Source of the DNA: the human T2T-CHM13v2.0 reference genome, Homo sapiens
Length of the DNA stretch: 64,000 nucleotides
Strand: one strand, 5' to 3'
NCBI RefSeq assembly: GCF_009914755.1
Contig: NC_060933.1
Every line of letters begins with the position of its first letter. The first letter of the stretch is position 1. Positions 43,934 through 59,399 of this stretch are shown in pieces. The notes under the pieces were generated by a model that searched no databases, was not told where the DNA came from, and worked only from the letters and a program-made list of their open reading frames with translations. The translations under genes and the position numbers were made by a program.

Positions 43934-45438
43934 TGTGTGAGTTAGACTTCCTCTGTTCTTATTTTAATTCTCTTCATTTTTTTCTCTTACCTGATTGCTC
44001 TGGCCCAGACTTCCAATACTGTGTTGAATAGGAGTGGTAATAAGGACATCCTTGTCTTGTGCCAATTTCAAGGGGAACACTTCTAGCTTTGGTCCATTTA
44101 GTATGATGCTGGCTTTAGGTCTGTCATAGGTGGTGCTTATTATTTTGAGGTATGTTCCTTCAATACCTAGTTTATTGAGAATTTTTAACAATTCTTAATA
44201 TTGAATTTTATCAAAATCCTTTTCTGTATCTATTGAGATAATCATGTGGTTTTTTTCTCTTTAGTTCTGTTTATGTGATGAATCACATTTATTGATTTGT
44301 ATATGTTGAACCAAACTTGCATCCCAGGGATAAAGCATATTTGATAGTAGTGGATTCGCTTTTTGATGTCCTGTTGGAATTGGTTTGCGAGTATTGTACT
44401 GAAGATTTTTACATCAACGTCCATCAAGAATATTGGTCTGAAGTTTTCTTCTTCTGCTGTGTCTTTGCCAGGTTTTCATATCAGTATGATGCTGGTCTCA
44501 TAGGATTAGCTAGGGAGGAATTCCTCCTCCTCGATTTTTTGGAATAGTTTCAGTAGAAATGATAATAGCTTTTCTTTGTGTATCTGGTAGGATTCAGTTG
44601 TGAATATGTCTGGTCCTGGGTTTTTTTTTTTTTTTGGTTGACAGGCTATTACAGATTCAATTTCAGTAACAGAATACTCATTCTTACCATTGGCAGGTAC
44701 TCAAAAGTCAACCACACAACCAGATACAAAGACCCCTCAGCAAATGCAAAATAACCAAAAGCATACAAAACACACTCTCAGACCACAGCACAATAAAAAT
44801 ATAAATCAGGACTTTAAAAATCACTCAAAATTGAGAGTTACATGGAAATTAAACAACCTGTTCCCAAATGACTTTGGGTAGATAATAAAATTAAGACACA
44901 AATCAAGAAGGTCTTTGAAACTAATGAGAACAAAGATACAAAATACCAGAACCTCTGGGATACAGCTAAGGCTGTGTAAGAGGGAAATTTATAGCACTAA
45001 CTAAATGCCCACATCAAAAAGTTAGGAAGATCTCAAACTAACATCACAACTAAAAGAACTAGAGAAGCATGAGCAAACCAACCCCAAACCTAACAGAAGA
45101 CAAAAAATAACCAAAATCATAGCTGAACGGAAGGAGATGGAGACACAAAAAAAAATTCAAAAGATCAATAAATCCAGAAGTTGTTTTTTCAAAATAATTA
45201 ATAAGATAAATAGGCCATTAGCTAGGCTAATAAAGAAGAAAAGAGAGAATATCCAAATAAACACAATTAGAAATGATAAAGGGAATGTTACCACTGACCC
45301 CACAGTAATACAAATAATCAGAGACTACTATGAACATCTTTATGCACAAAAATTAGAAAACCTAGAAGAGATGATTAAATTCCTGGATACATACATTCTT
45401 CCAAGACTAAACCAGGAAGAAATTGATTCCCTGAACAG
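41926..45438 (-). mobile_element. L1PA15/16-like LINE-1, 5'-truncated with 5' inversion (41926-44666 minus; 44667-45438 plus)
   Basis: 3'UTR plus multiple ORF2 fragments on minus (ORFs 42954, 43219, 43964, 44242); endonuclease-linker fragments on plus (ORFs 44690, 45137); degenerate TSD 11/15. Confidence 0.93.
43855..43939. repeat. compound (TA)/(TG)/(GA) microsatellite inside L1
   Basis: read directly. Confidence 0.9.
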
Positions 45439-45576
45439 TTCACAATTTTTCTTATCTAATCCTTTTAACTACCATAGCCCATGAAATAGGGCTTAATGAG
45501 TATTGTTCAATATGATATCAAACTCGGTTAGTAAATAATCAATTAGCAAACACACCTGATATAAAACACAAAACTC

Positions 45577-45709
45577 GTCATCTAGCATTAGGCAGTGGGT
45601 GCAGCGCACCAGCATGGCACATGTATACATATGTAACTAATCTGCACAATGTGCACATGTACCCTGAAACTTAAAGTATAATAATAATAAAATAAATAAA
45701 TAAATAAAT
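45577..45709 (+). mobile_element. L1PA2 extreme 3' fragment with 21-nt 5' inversion
   Basis: agtgggtgcagcgcacc...tgcacaatgtgcac; inverted aactcgtcatctagcattagg (GAG diagnostic, not Ta ACA); 13-bp TSD aaacacaaaactc. Confidence 0.93.
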
Positions 45710-45999
45710 AAACACAAAACTCAAAAGTAACACTTATTTAAGGGACTAATACATTTAATTTTTTAAAATATTTTCCAGGGATCTTTTGGTGCTTAAACTC
45801 TCCTAAATGAACCTGTTCCATCAACAGAGTGCTGATGCCAAATGGCTATGTTATCTAACATATTATCCCCACCACATGGGTGCCTGACCCAAGGGTAACC
45901 ATTTTTAAGCTGGCTGCTCACTTATGATGGGTCCAAATATGTGACCCCAAAACTGATGGTTGTTTAATTTTTAATAGATGAGAATAAATAAATAAATGT

Positions 46000-46241
46000 G
46001 TGGATGTAGCTAATTCACATTAATGATTGGACATTAGAGGAAAAATTCACTAAACCCTTCCTTTGAAATTTATGGAGCTGAAGTTCTGCCTAGTTTCACA
46101 GTGATCCTTCTCTATTGTTTAGATTTTCCTGAGATCCCATAGTCCCTGTCCTTTCTCATGTATCATTTTCCAAAATCCTCTTTTCACTGAGCTTGCTTGA
46201 TGTGTTTCTACCCCTTGAAAGCAAACAAGACTAAATAAACA
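46000..46241 (+). mobile_element. MLT1 (MaLR) LTR 3' fragment
   Basis: MLT1-like end 'cttttcactgagcttgcttga...tttctaccccttgaaagcaaacaagactaaataaaca'. Confidence 0.5.
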
Positions 46242-46964
46242 TTTCTAAAATGAGGATTATATTACATTAACTACACCATTGTGGATTAAAATGAAAAGAA
46301 AAGTTTAAGTTAACAACTCTGGTTTTGATGTCCATGAATAGGGACACTAGTGAAGCTGATGATAATAACTTGTTTTAGATTATGTGACACTGGATTAAAA
46401 ATATGATTTTCTTAATTATACCAGAGTAAAAATGGATCCTTAATTCTATTCTTAAACTGTCTAGTTTGTGTGTGAGTTTCCTATGCTTTGCTTTTACTTT
46501 TATGATAAAAAAATGTCAAATTGCTCTGATGGTAAAAGTACCATCTATGTTACCATACAACAGCTTTTGCTCCCATGCAAATAATGCTGAATAAGAAGAA
46601 TTCATCTAGACAGTATTGATGGTCACAAGCATTTTTTAGAACTAATCTGTCACAGACTCTATGAGTGTTACTCTCCAGTGGTGACTCTGACTTCTTGGCG
46701 TCTGAATGAAGATGTCTGGCTTGACGTATTTACTCATGTCACTCTTCTTCAGTTTGACATCATGTGTCACTTTCTTCTCTGGTCTAGTCTTCTCTTAATC
46801 TGAACTCTGCCATTTCTTTAGGTTTATTGCGATATGTCACTTGGGGAAAAAGAACCTCTCATTCTGGCCACCATGGTACTAAGGTACTTTCTCAGACCAA
46901 ACTAGCTCCTAATTCCCCCAACAGTAGGCGCATCAATTTGGTAATTTTCGACTTAGTAAACAAA

Positions 46965-47335
46965 CCGTGTGAAAATGTCTATTAATATAATGAGCAAATA
47001 AATCGTGGTATTGTATGTAATAAAACACTACTAGTTGTAATATGCAATAGAATACTAATCAGCAATAAAAAATAGATTACTGCTATATACAGCAACATAG
47101 ATAAATGTCAAAAGTAATACGCTGAGCTAAAGAAACCAATACAAATGATTCCATTTACATAAAAGTCTAGATCAGATTAAACAAATCAATGGTCATAGAA
47201 ATCAAGTTGATTTTAGTGTGGAGGGAGGAGGAGGGACTAGAATGGACTGAATATGGCAGGAAGAAACATAGTGGAATGAAGAAATGTTCTACATCTTCAC
47301 AGGAGGGTGAGTTACCTATAACTCATAAAATAAAA
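46965..47335 (+). mobile_element. L1ME-like 3' fragment
   Basis: 'aataaatcgtggtatt...cagcaataaaaa...cagcaacatagataaat...atgattccatttacataaaagt'. Confidence 0.75.
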
Positions 47336-49444
47336 TAGTATATGACCAGTTTCTGGTAACTCACACTATTAAAATACAGTGACCAGAAGGGAGATGTGTT
47401 TACCCCAAATACCCCAATTTTAGCACTTATCATACTGTATCATAAGTATGTGTATTTATTCATAAAAATTCATAAAATAATATATGTAAAATCTATGAAT
47501 TTTATTGATTCTAAGTTGCATCACAATAATACAAGAGCAAATTGTAACAAGAAATCTATGTGAGTATACTTTGATGTTTTATTTGTTTTTTAAAGTAATG
47601 TCTAGCCTGGTTTACCAAAATAGGAAAGTACCAGCGTATTTCTATGTGCAATCATATAAGAATATTTTGCCAGATGTATCTAGGGACACATATCTTTTTA
47701 CGTAAGATTTTTTGCAGTAATATCTTAGGGTATATATTTACCAAAATTCTCTATTCTTAACTTTATATTACTGTCTATTTATTATTAAATCATCAGTTTT
47801 GTAGTTATTAGGCAATGGTTTATTCCAGTCAATAGGCATACCATATCTTGTTTAAAATTTCATTTGGAAACTTCTTTAAAGGCTTTCTTTTTTTAAAGGA
47901 GGAATAACTTGATCTTAGGAATTTTATACTGAGAGATTTATTGAGACAGATCAGACTACAAAATAATGTTTTAATTTAGAACACGGAGACTTTTTAAACC
48001 AGGCACTTCAAAGTAGACCATTTTCATGCTTCAAAGCAGTGTTAATAAGGGATGTATCAAAGCAGGTTGGGAGCAGTAATAGGCATGTTTTCAAATGGCA
48101 TCTTTAATTCCTGCATATGACTTACTTTAGCCATTGGAGGAATTACCACAGTACTAAGCTGTAACTCAATAGATAGTTGCATTGGATGTCTTAATCCAGT
48201 CCTTTTTTAAAAAGAAATAATGAATAATTATTTCCCTTTCCCCTGTGCATATAGTAAGTCACTAACTACATATGGATGACTGGTCATGGTGTGAAATAGT
48301 CACATGATATAAGAAGATAAATTTTACAGCATTGCAAGGCAAAAATAGCTTTTAAAACTGCCTTCTTGTTCTACAATAATTAAAAAAGAGGCCCCATATT
48401 GCTCTCCAGGGTATTAATGCATGACATTCATCTTTAGGTAATTAGCAGCATATATCATTAGCCATTAAGCAGGCAATACCAGGGTTTTTCACATGTCAGG
48501 ATGAGATTTGCAGTTTGGTCTTTCTCCTCTAACAGACTGGGTCCAGCACAAACACTAGGCTTTTACAAGTTTAAGCAGAAAATGGCTTGGCTGTCTTTAC
48601 TCAAATCCTTTAGTCAATAGTTCTTTTATGGACATTTTGTACTTAGGTAGAAATTTTTAATTGGGACTGAATTATAGAAAGGAGGCAAGTGAACATGAGG
48701 ATGTGAGTTGTTGGAGGTACATGCTCACACTTCCCAGTCCTAAATGACCTCAGTAAAGAAAATAGAATGACCAGTTTCTCTGGTTTTCCTTCTTCTGTAA
48801 CTACTCAGGGAGATATATTTACTCCAATTTTAGCACTTATACTGTATTATAATTACCTGCTTGTGGGACTTTTCTTGGTTAGACTGTAAACTTTTTGAGA
48901 TCAGTGTCAGCCTCTCATTTTTATTGAATACCCCTGAGTAGTCTTCCTTTCTTGGCCCCACTTAAGGACCATGAATGAGATTAGAAAACATTCCAATTAC
49001 TTTTTACTGAAATCAACATTTATAAAAAAGCTACGTCCACAAAGGGAGACATGACTTACTGATGCTGGTCCTTCAGATGGATCGTGGATAGCTGGGGCTG
49101 GGCATACCCAAGAAAGGAAAAGGTAGAGCCTGTACTTGTTCCTTGTCCTTGCTGAAGGGAGACTACTCAGATCTAAAAATAATAAGCAAGTTTCTTCTTC
49201 CTCCTTCTGCCTTCACTGTCCTTCATTGGCTCTCAATTTGCAGAACCTCACCAAAAGCCAGCTGATATTAAAATATAGGAAATATAGATTAAAAGTCTTA
49301 TCTAAGGTATATGTTTCCAAAGACATTAAAAATGTGGGCTTGAAGTTCAAAGAAAGTAGGTAAATAATTAGCATAGTGACAAGAGCCAACAGGGACATTT
49401 GAGGAACTACCAAAAGATAGTGAGCAAAAATGATTCCAAACAAA

Positions 49445-49790
49445 AAAATATTGTTTGCAAAAATGGCCCAGATTTTTTATTCTTTCCCTTGTCGTTGCAA
49501 CATGACCTTGCTGCTGCCCTCATCAAGATGGGAAGCCTATTTCTTTATCTATTTAATTTAATCTGGTCTTGTGATTTACAATGACCAAAAGAATATGCTG
49601 GAATATGCTGGTAGTGTGCTTATTTTAAGCTTAGGTTTCAAACACTCTTAGGTGTTTCTGCTTTTTCTCTTAGAATACTCTTTTCCTGTAAGAACAGTTC
49701 CAGAATCTCCTACTGGAGGATGAGATACCACAAGGAAGAGAGACAAGTCATCCTCATTGAGGCCATACTTGATCAGCCAGCTCCCGACTT
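49445..49790 (+). mobile_element. MLT1 (F/G/H-like) LTR fragment
   Basis: 'ttgcaaaaatggcc...ctcatcaagatggg...ttgtgatttacaatgaccaaaagaat'. Confidence 0.7.
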
Positions 49791-50044
49791 ACTTTAAAAT
49801 ATCTGTCTTAAACACTAAAAGAGAAAAGAAAGCTATACCCAGGAATCACATTTCAATCTTTATATTCGTAGTTCTGTGGTTTCTTGGCCTGACTGCCAGC
49901 TTTATGAAAATATGGGTGGGGACGGAGGGAGGGAACAGACAGACTTGGACATTAGACTTTGAAATTCAAGTCTTACCTAATACCTAATAGGTGTTTAAAA
50001 GTCATTCAGAATAATTACAATGGAAAAGAAGAAATGAAAATTGA

Positions 50045-50292
50045 TAGAACAAACTAAGCCACAATTTAGCAGAAGGAAGATAAAAATAAAGGCCAGAGCA
50101 GAAATAAATGAAATAGAGACTAGAAAAACAATAGAAAAATCAATTAAACTAAAACTTTGTTTTTTGAAAAGATCAACAAAGCTGACAAATCCTTAGCTAG
50201 GTTAACTAAAAAAAGAGAGAAAAGACTCAAAAACTGAAAATCAGACATGAAGGGGGGCTATTTAAAACATTGCCACAGAAATAAAAAGCATG
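50045..50292 (+). mobile_element. L1M ORF2 fragment
   Basis: 'agagcagaaataaatgaaatagagac...tttgaaaagatcaacaaagctgacaaatccttagctag' (homologous to 45110-45300). Confidence 0.85.
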
Positions 50293-50299
50293 CAAAATT

Positions 50300-51000
50300 A
50301 GGTGTGACATAATATTTATATCTAGGCTATATTCCATTTTTCCTATTTGTTCACAAAATGTCTTTTATAAATGTTTTGTTTTGTAAATCCAAAATACAAA
50401 TCAAGAATCGCACAATGAATGTATTCAGTTATTATTTAACTGAACGTATCCATTTAGTTTATTTTCATGTGAAATAACCTTCCCTCTCCACATTTAATAA
50501 TAACTTTTTGAAGAATCTAAGCTAACTTTTCTATAGAGCGTTTCAAATTTTGAATCTTATTGTTTCCTCTTGATATTGTTCCTCAACCCCTGCTTTTTCT
50601 GAAAACTGAAAGATCTAAAGATGTAATTAGATTCAGATTACACATTTCTGTCAAGAAATCTTCATAGTTATATTGCATATTTCATATTGCCATATAGGGT
50701 TGTCCTGTCACAAGTGATAAAACCATTTTTTTACTTAAGCTGTTGACTGCCAGACCTCTCCACTGTAAAAGTTCATGTTTGTGTGTGTAATCAGTAAGTG
50801 ATTGTGCTGCAATGCAAATACATTATTCTGCAACAACTTTTCAGCCAATAGTTCAACCAGTAGTAAATGAGATTTACTTGCATCAGTGTTTTACACTGGG
50901 GATTGGAAAATGGCATATTCTCTTTATCTCATATTTCCTTCTACATTTATTAGCTGTAGTTACTGTTTTAAAAGTTTGTCTTCTCACCCAGGCCACACAC
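50300..51000 (-). mobile_element. L1MC/ME-like 3' fragment
   Basis: diverged reverse L1M 3'UTR motifs ('gactgccagacctctccactgtaaaag'). Confidence 0.5.
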
Positions 51001-51229
51001 ACCTTCTCTCTCGGAATACTCCACAACTAACAGTTATCAAAGCCTAGCAAAGTAACAAGATACATCATTAATGAAAGGAGGTAGTACAAAGTAGAGAAAG
51101 CTAATAATGTCTGCAAATGCCGCATGAAGTGTAAAACGGAGAAAGATGGAAATGGATGGTAGAAAACAGAACAGGTGAAGGGACTAAAAACAAGTCAGGC
51201 AGTCATTTGGTAAATATTATCAAAATACA

Positions 51230-51900
51230 TACAAAAGATAACAATAAAGATAACATGGAATAACTACATCCTGTCACACCACAGTCAAACTGCTGAGAGC
51301 CAAAGACAGAACATCATAAAGGTGGTTAGAAAAAAAGCAACAAGGGGGAATCCTACACAGGGGAGTATCAATGCAAATCATGGCTAACTTGTCATCAAAC
51401 ACAATAGAAGTCAGAAAGCCATGGGACAGCAGTTTCAAAGTGCCAAAGTACCAATGTCCATCTAGATTCTACAAATGGAAAAAATGTCTATCAGAAACGA
51501 TGGCAAAATAAAGGCATTCAGATGAATGAAAATTGATAATTATTTTTATCCAACATATACACACAAAAAAGCTAAAGGAAGTTATTTAGGCTAAAGGGAA
51601 ATAACACCAGACTGACACTAGACTGTTCTGGAAGACTGAAGAGTACTGAAAGTAATTAATATAACATTATAGCTCTATATATACTTACATACAGATAAAG
51701 AATATTTGCTATATATATGTATTATATATTATAATTTTATATATTACATAAACGTGACAATCCTTTTCATGAGTATTTTTAAAAGAGATTTGGCTGTTGA
51801 AAGCAGAAACTAATATTTTGTGGCACTTATGAAATATATAGATGTAAAACATATGTTAAAGTGACACAAAGGATAGGAGTTAGGTAAATGGAAGAAATAA
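51230..51900 (+). mobile_element. old L1 ORF1 3' fragment
   Basis: 'agtcaaactgctgagagccaaagaca...gctaacttgtcatcaaacacaatagaagtcagaa...aaaataaaggcatt'. Confidence 0.7.
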
Positions 51901-52109
51901 CACACAAGATGGGAAATGAAAACTGGTTGCTTTCCTGTGCATGGCGGCACAGCCAATCTATTGTGATGAATGGAAGAATTATTCCTATTAAAATTCTACA
52001 ACACAGCTGGCAATAGTCTTGCATGTTCTTTCCACTGCAACTATTATGGCCTTCTGGCTTGAGTAGAATCATGCTGTCCCAGCTATACAGTCTCTGCATA
52101 TGTAGTTAG

Positions 52110-52320
52110 AAGTCACATGGGCCAATGGATTCAAAGAAGCCTATGTTTGAGACCCAATTATGTTTATGGTTGTGTCCTTGAATAATCACTTAATTCCTTC
52201 CATTTCTGCATGTAAGAATGAAACATAACTAACCTGAATGTTTTCTATAACGTTTAGGAAAGATATCCATACATCCCCAGTACAGTGCCTGGAATATAGC
52301 AGTTTGGAACATAAGTGATA
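52110..52320 (+). mobile_element. MIR
   Basis: 'ttgtgtccttgaataatcacttaa...tgtaagaatg...cagtgcctggaatatag'. Confidence 0.6.
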
Positions 52321-53948
52321 AACACTAAAAGAATAGATGACATGGAAGTGGAAGAAGGACAATTTCTGTGCCTTTTGGTGATGTCATATCTAAAACTAAC
52401 GGACCAATTTAAGGTCAAATTGAAGCGTCAATTCACATTTCTTCTCCTTTGATGACTTAGCATCCATCCGGTCAGATGACTTTAGAACAGCTCTGTTTAT
52501 GGAACAGACTGCATCAGAACCAGCAGAAGACAGACACAGTCGCAGATGTTTTTTTGCTAAAGAGCAATCCAAAAAGACAATAGAGAACAAAGGCTGCCAA
52601 CTCCCCTTCCTGGTCACTCATACAGGGAAACGAGAAAGGAGAGCTTGGCAAGGCAAGACCCAGGTGCCACTTTGTGTATGTGTGTGCTGGGCGAGTGGGG
52701 CTAAACAGCCATCTGAGTCCTTAGACTTCCATGTTCTCACCCTGTGGCATGAGCAGCCAGGTATCCAGGACGAATGCTGATGGGAGAGGAAAGCTGAGGG
52801 AAACCATGTGCCTTGGAGTCATCAATAGCAAAGTTCAGTGCCAAATGAGGGATGTGCAGCTGTTCGGATTCTTTTGTTCCTTAAAAATAAAACTTGGATT
52901 TACTGAAACCCAAATTTATGTTTACCTGCAGGCACTTATCTTTTTGTAAAACCAGGATGGCTTGTCAAACTAAGATCTTGATTGCTTGGAGGTGAGAATT
53001 TTAGTGTTTTTTTTTTTTAAGAAAAAAAAAACAGGTAAAATGTTAAAGCAATAGATACATGCCACATTGCATATAAAAAAAATAAGCAAATCCTTACAAT
53101 GAAGATTTAAAACCAAGAAATATATATTACTTTTCCTAACCTGCCAGCTCTGTGAAATCTGTTTATAATGACAATTTGACTTAAAATCTCACTTTAAAAT
53201 GTTCATTATATCAGTTTCTTCTTCCAAAATCAGTATCATCCATACTGCCAACTATGATGTATAAACCACAAATGGCTAAAATTTCTTGTGTTTATCTGCC
53301 TTTGCTTTTTCCGTTTACTTCAACAGAACTTTCAGGCAGACCATATCCTTTTGTACAAGTAAAACCTAGAAATTTTAAAACCAGGGCAATACTTATTTTG
53401 CATTTTTCTATGATTTTGGTCTCCAAATAGTTGCTTTTAAGATGCATCAAGTTATTTACAAAAGCTTTGTCTGTCACCTCCTCATTGCCAGCTTTAATTA
53501 TAATATATGCATACTTTAAAGCTTTATATGAATTGGTGAAAAAACGCTTTTAGTTTTCCCTTTCACAAAACACTCATTGTGCAACTCTGAGCTTTCAGAG
53601 AATATGCTACAATGTCAGAATTTTATGCAAACATCATCATATTGCACATTTTAGTAAATATCATGTTTTATATTTTGGCAACCACAGTCTTTCTTAAATA
53701 TTGTGTCCTTTAAAATATCTCTTCATGTCTTCACCTGGGCAGGGTCAGAAATGAGTTGTCAGTTAAAACAGTTCTGAGCCAAAGCATCCTACCAACCAAG
53801 CTATTTTCGCAAAGAAAGTTAAGCATTTAAAGAAATCCTCTTGAACCTTTCAGGATCAAAATCTCCAAGTAGAGACTTTCTTTTGCAGACATGGTTTACA
53901 TAAACTACTTGGAGATTTTAAATCTTTATTATTTTAACCTAACTTTTT

Positions 53949-56182
<2,234 letters not shown>

Positions 56183-58393
56183 ACCTAACTTTTTTTGAAG
56201 GCACATATACCTAAAGAATACATCTACAAGAGCTAAGATAACTTAATTTTAAGTCATTAAAAAGAGGAAGCCCTTCACCTATATTAAAATCAAGAGAATC
56301 TCAAAGCTTAAACTTTCCTTTCTTTCACTAAACATTTCTGAACTCCTCCCTCTGCCATGTACAACTTGAGTACAAAATCATTTGTTTAATCCAATGTTTT
56401 CTTTCCTAAATAAAAGTGACACCTACTTTGCAGACACTCACCTTGAGGACGGAAGAGCACATTTCACTTTATTCTTGGATCTTTCAAGTAATAAACACAG
56501 GCTATGTCAATACAAGGCATCTCTTAAGAGAATAGCATTTTAAAGGAACTTGATTGCAAATGTACCAGTCTAGTGAGGAAAAGCATAGGGCATACATGCT
56601 TGTTACCTAAGATCAGAAATACAAACACTACCTGTCTTCAGTTTCTTTGAAAAATATTTTATTTTTGGCTTATGTCATCATTCTGTCTCCACACTACCCC
56701 TCAAATTTACACTTTTTTCCTTTCAGTGCTAAAGGCTAATGGCATTTCACTTCCACTAAAGTGAAAGGGGGCTGCACAGGGGTTATTGCAATTCTTCCCA
56801 ATGTAATGTTCAACATCTCCTCTCACTCCTTAGACCAAAGTAATGTTGGTATTTTCTGTGAAAAGGCGCAAACCTTCAAGATCTTTTCTCATAAAATCAA
56901 TTACAGAGCTCCATATCATAGTCACCAAGCATTTTTTTTTTCACAATGAGAAAATTTCAAAAAAGGTTTCTTAAGGCTATGCCTACACATACAAACTAAG
57001 GTGGAGAACTGAGTAATTAATAAAATATCTTGGATGTTAAAGTAACTTGGTATGGATTATTCAGACAGTGAGTACACAAATATTCTGAGTGTTTTTATCT
57101 TGAACATGAATAACTGCTTCCACTTCATTTTATCCAGAAGTCTGAGGACCAAGGCTAGAGCTACCTGATGAAAAGAATCAGACCATTTTTCAACTCAGTA
57201 AACTATGTCAGGTTAGGATTTTAGTATTCCAAGTATGAAAATGAGCAAATCAGTCAAAATTGAATGTGTGCTAATCCTCTTTTTCATCTTTAAACAAACA
57301 CAGTAAAAGCTTTTGGCCCAAGATGGGTGGGTTACCTGAAAAGCATTGCATTACAGATGAAACCTTAGTCTAATTTTTGCCTTACCACTAAAGAACTGTA
57401 CAAAGTGGACGACATGCTTTAAGTCTCTTTATTATTGTAGAATTTAGTTACTTTTGTTCTAAAGTAGAGATAATGCAGTTTTACCTTTTTATAATATACC
57501 TCACAGAAATGGGAGATAAGATTCTAGATCTAGAATTTCATTTTCAATTGCATTCCATAATTATATGAAACAAGATGCAGGGAAAGCATTCTTTTTTCCA
57601 GTTCAAATTGCCAAGATACTTCTACAGTACACCTCCTTTCATTCTTCTTGATGCTATGTAATTTAAATATGCTATGTAATTGATTCAGCAAAATAAAGAA
57701 AGCTCAATATGTAAATTATACTTTTTGCCATGTTCACATGACTTGAACTAATATGAATACATTTATTTAGCAACTGTGTGTTAGTATTGAGATATTGAAG
57801 CCTTATCTGTCTTATACCAACACTTTTCTTGATAATTTTTCTTTCTTTTTTGGACTTAAACATTTTACATTATTTTTCTAGACAAGCAAAGTCATCACTA
57901 TCAAAGTTAATGACCTTCAAACTAGCAAAATTATAAAACAAACCTCAAAGATAAATGAAAACAAATATAGTTAAGCAGATAATGGTGGAATAACTCAGAA
58001 ACTTTCAAATTGTCAAATCTTTAAAGTCAGGAAAATTATATTCAAAGTAGTGAGATGAAACATTACTAATATCAGTAAAAAAAATTCTAGTATTTTAAAA
58101 ATTTATAGAAAATAAAAAAAGTCAAACGAAAATAGTTTTGAAAAAGGAGAAAAGGTAGACTTCAGAACAAGTAAATTGCAACTTATTCCTTTCCCCAGTT
58201 ATAGCTCAAAATTTTAGACATGCTTTTTGTTATTTAAATAGGAGGTGGTTAAGTCATATCGAAATACTTTTATTTTCATTACAATAGAGAAGTAGTATAT
58301 ATAAGGGACAAACTTATGGAAATATTTTGAGCAAACAGGTTACAGTAATAATGAGTTGATTTACAGTTAGTAGAGTAACTGTAGTCAAAGATT

Positions 58394-58723
<330 letters not shown>

Positions 58724-59399
58724 TTAAAGAGATGTTTCCTGAGCATATGTTCTAACCTCTCTATAGAACATTAAAGTCAATGACAGGAATGAATACACAG
58801 TTTTCAAACCTACATATAACACATTCAGGATTTTAAAAGATCTTAACACATGGAAACATACGATGAAACTAAGAGCTAAACCTAAGAGGGATATATGTAA
58901 ATTACCATATTGGTTTTAACAATCTGCTGCACAAGAACTTCATGGAGATTGAACTTAATCATAGTTTATGTAAGTAATATCAAAGTCTTTTAGAAGAAAA
59001 CTCAGCATGTATTAATCAACAGTGGTATTATGACTATTTTAGTAGCCAACATTTTGTTACTAATCATCAGTACAATTATACTCACCAGAGAAATGGATGT
59101 AATAACTTTAATGTACTTTTTATTCAACAAAATTAGTTCTAGGCAGTAGCATAGTTGGAAGGGGGCAAGATAGGAGGAGATCATACGGACAATGGAAAAG
59201 ATTTTTCAAATGAAACAATTCCTTAAGAACTTTCAAGATAATGTGATGGCATGCTGGTCACTAGCATTATGAAATAAGGATGTTGGAGAAAACACGGTGA
59301 GGCAAGATCATGAAATTGGCTGAGTTCACTCAGAGGTCTACAGTTTTCTATCTGTATGTGCTTTCACCAAGCATAACACAGGCCAAACCAACCTGAGCT

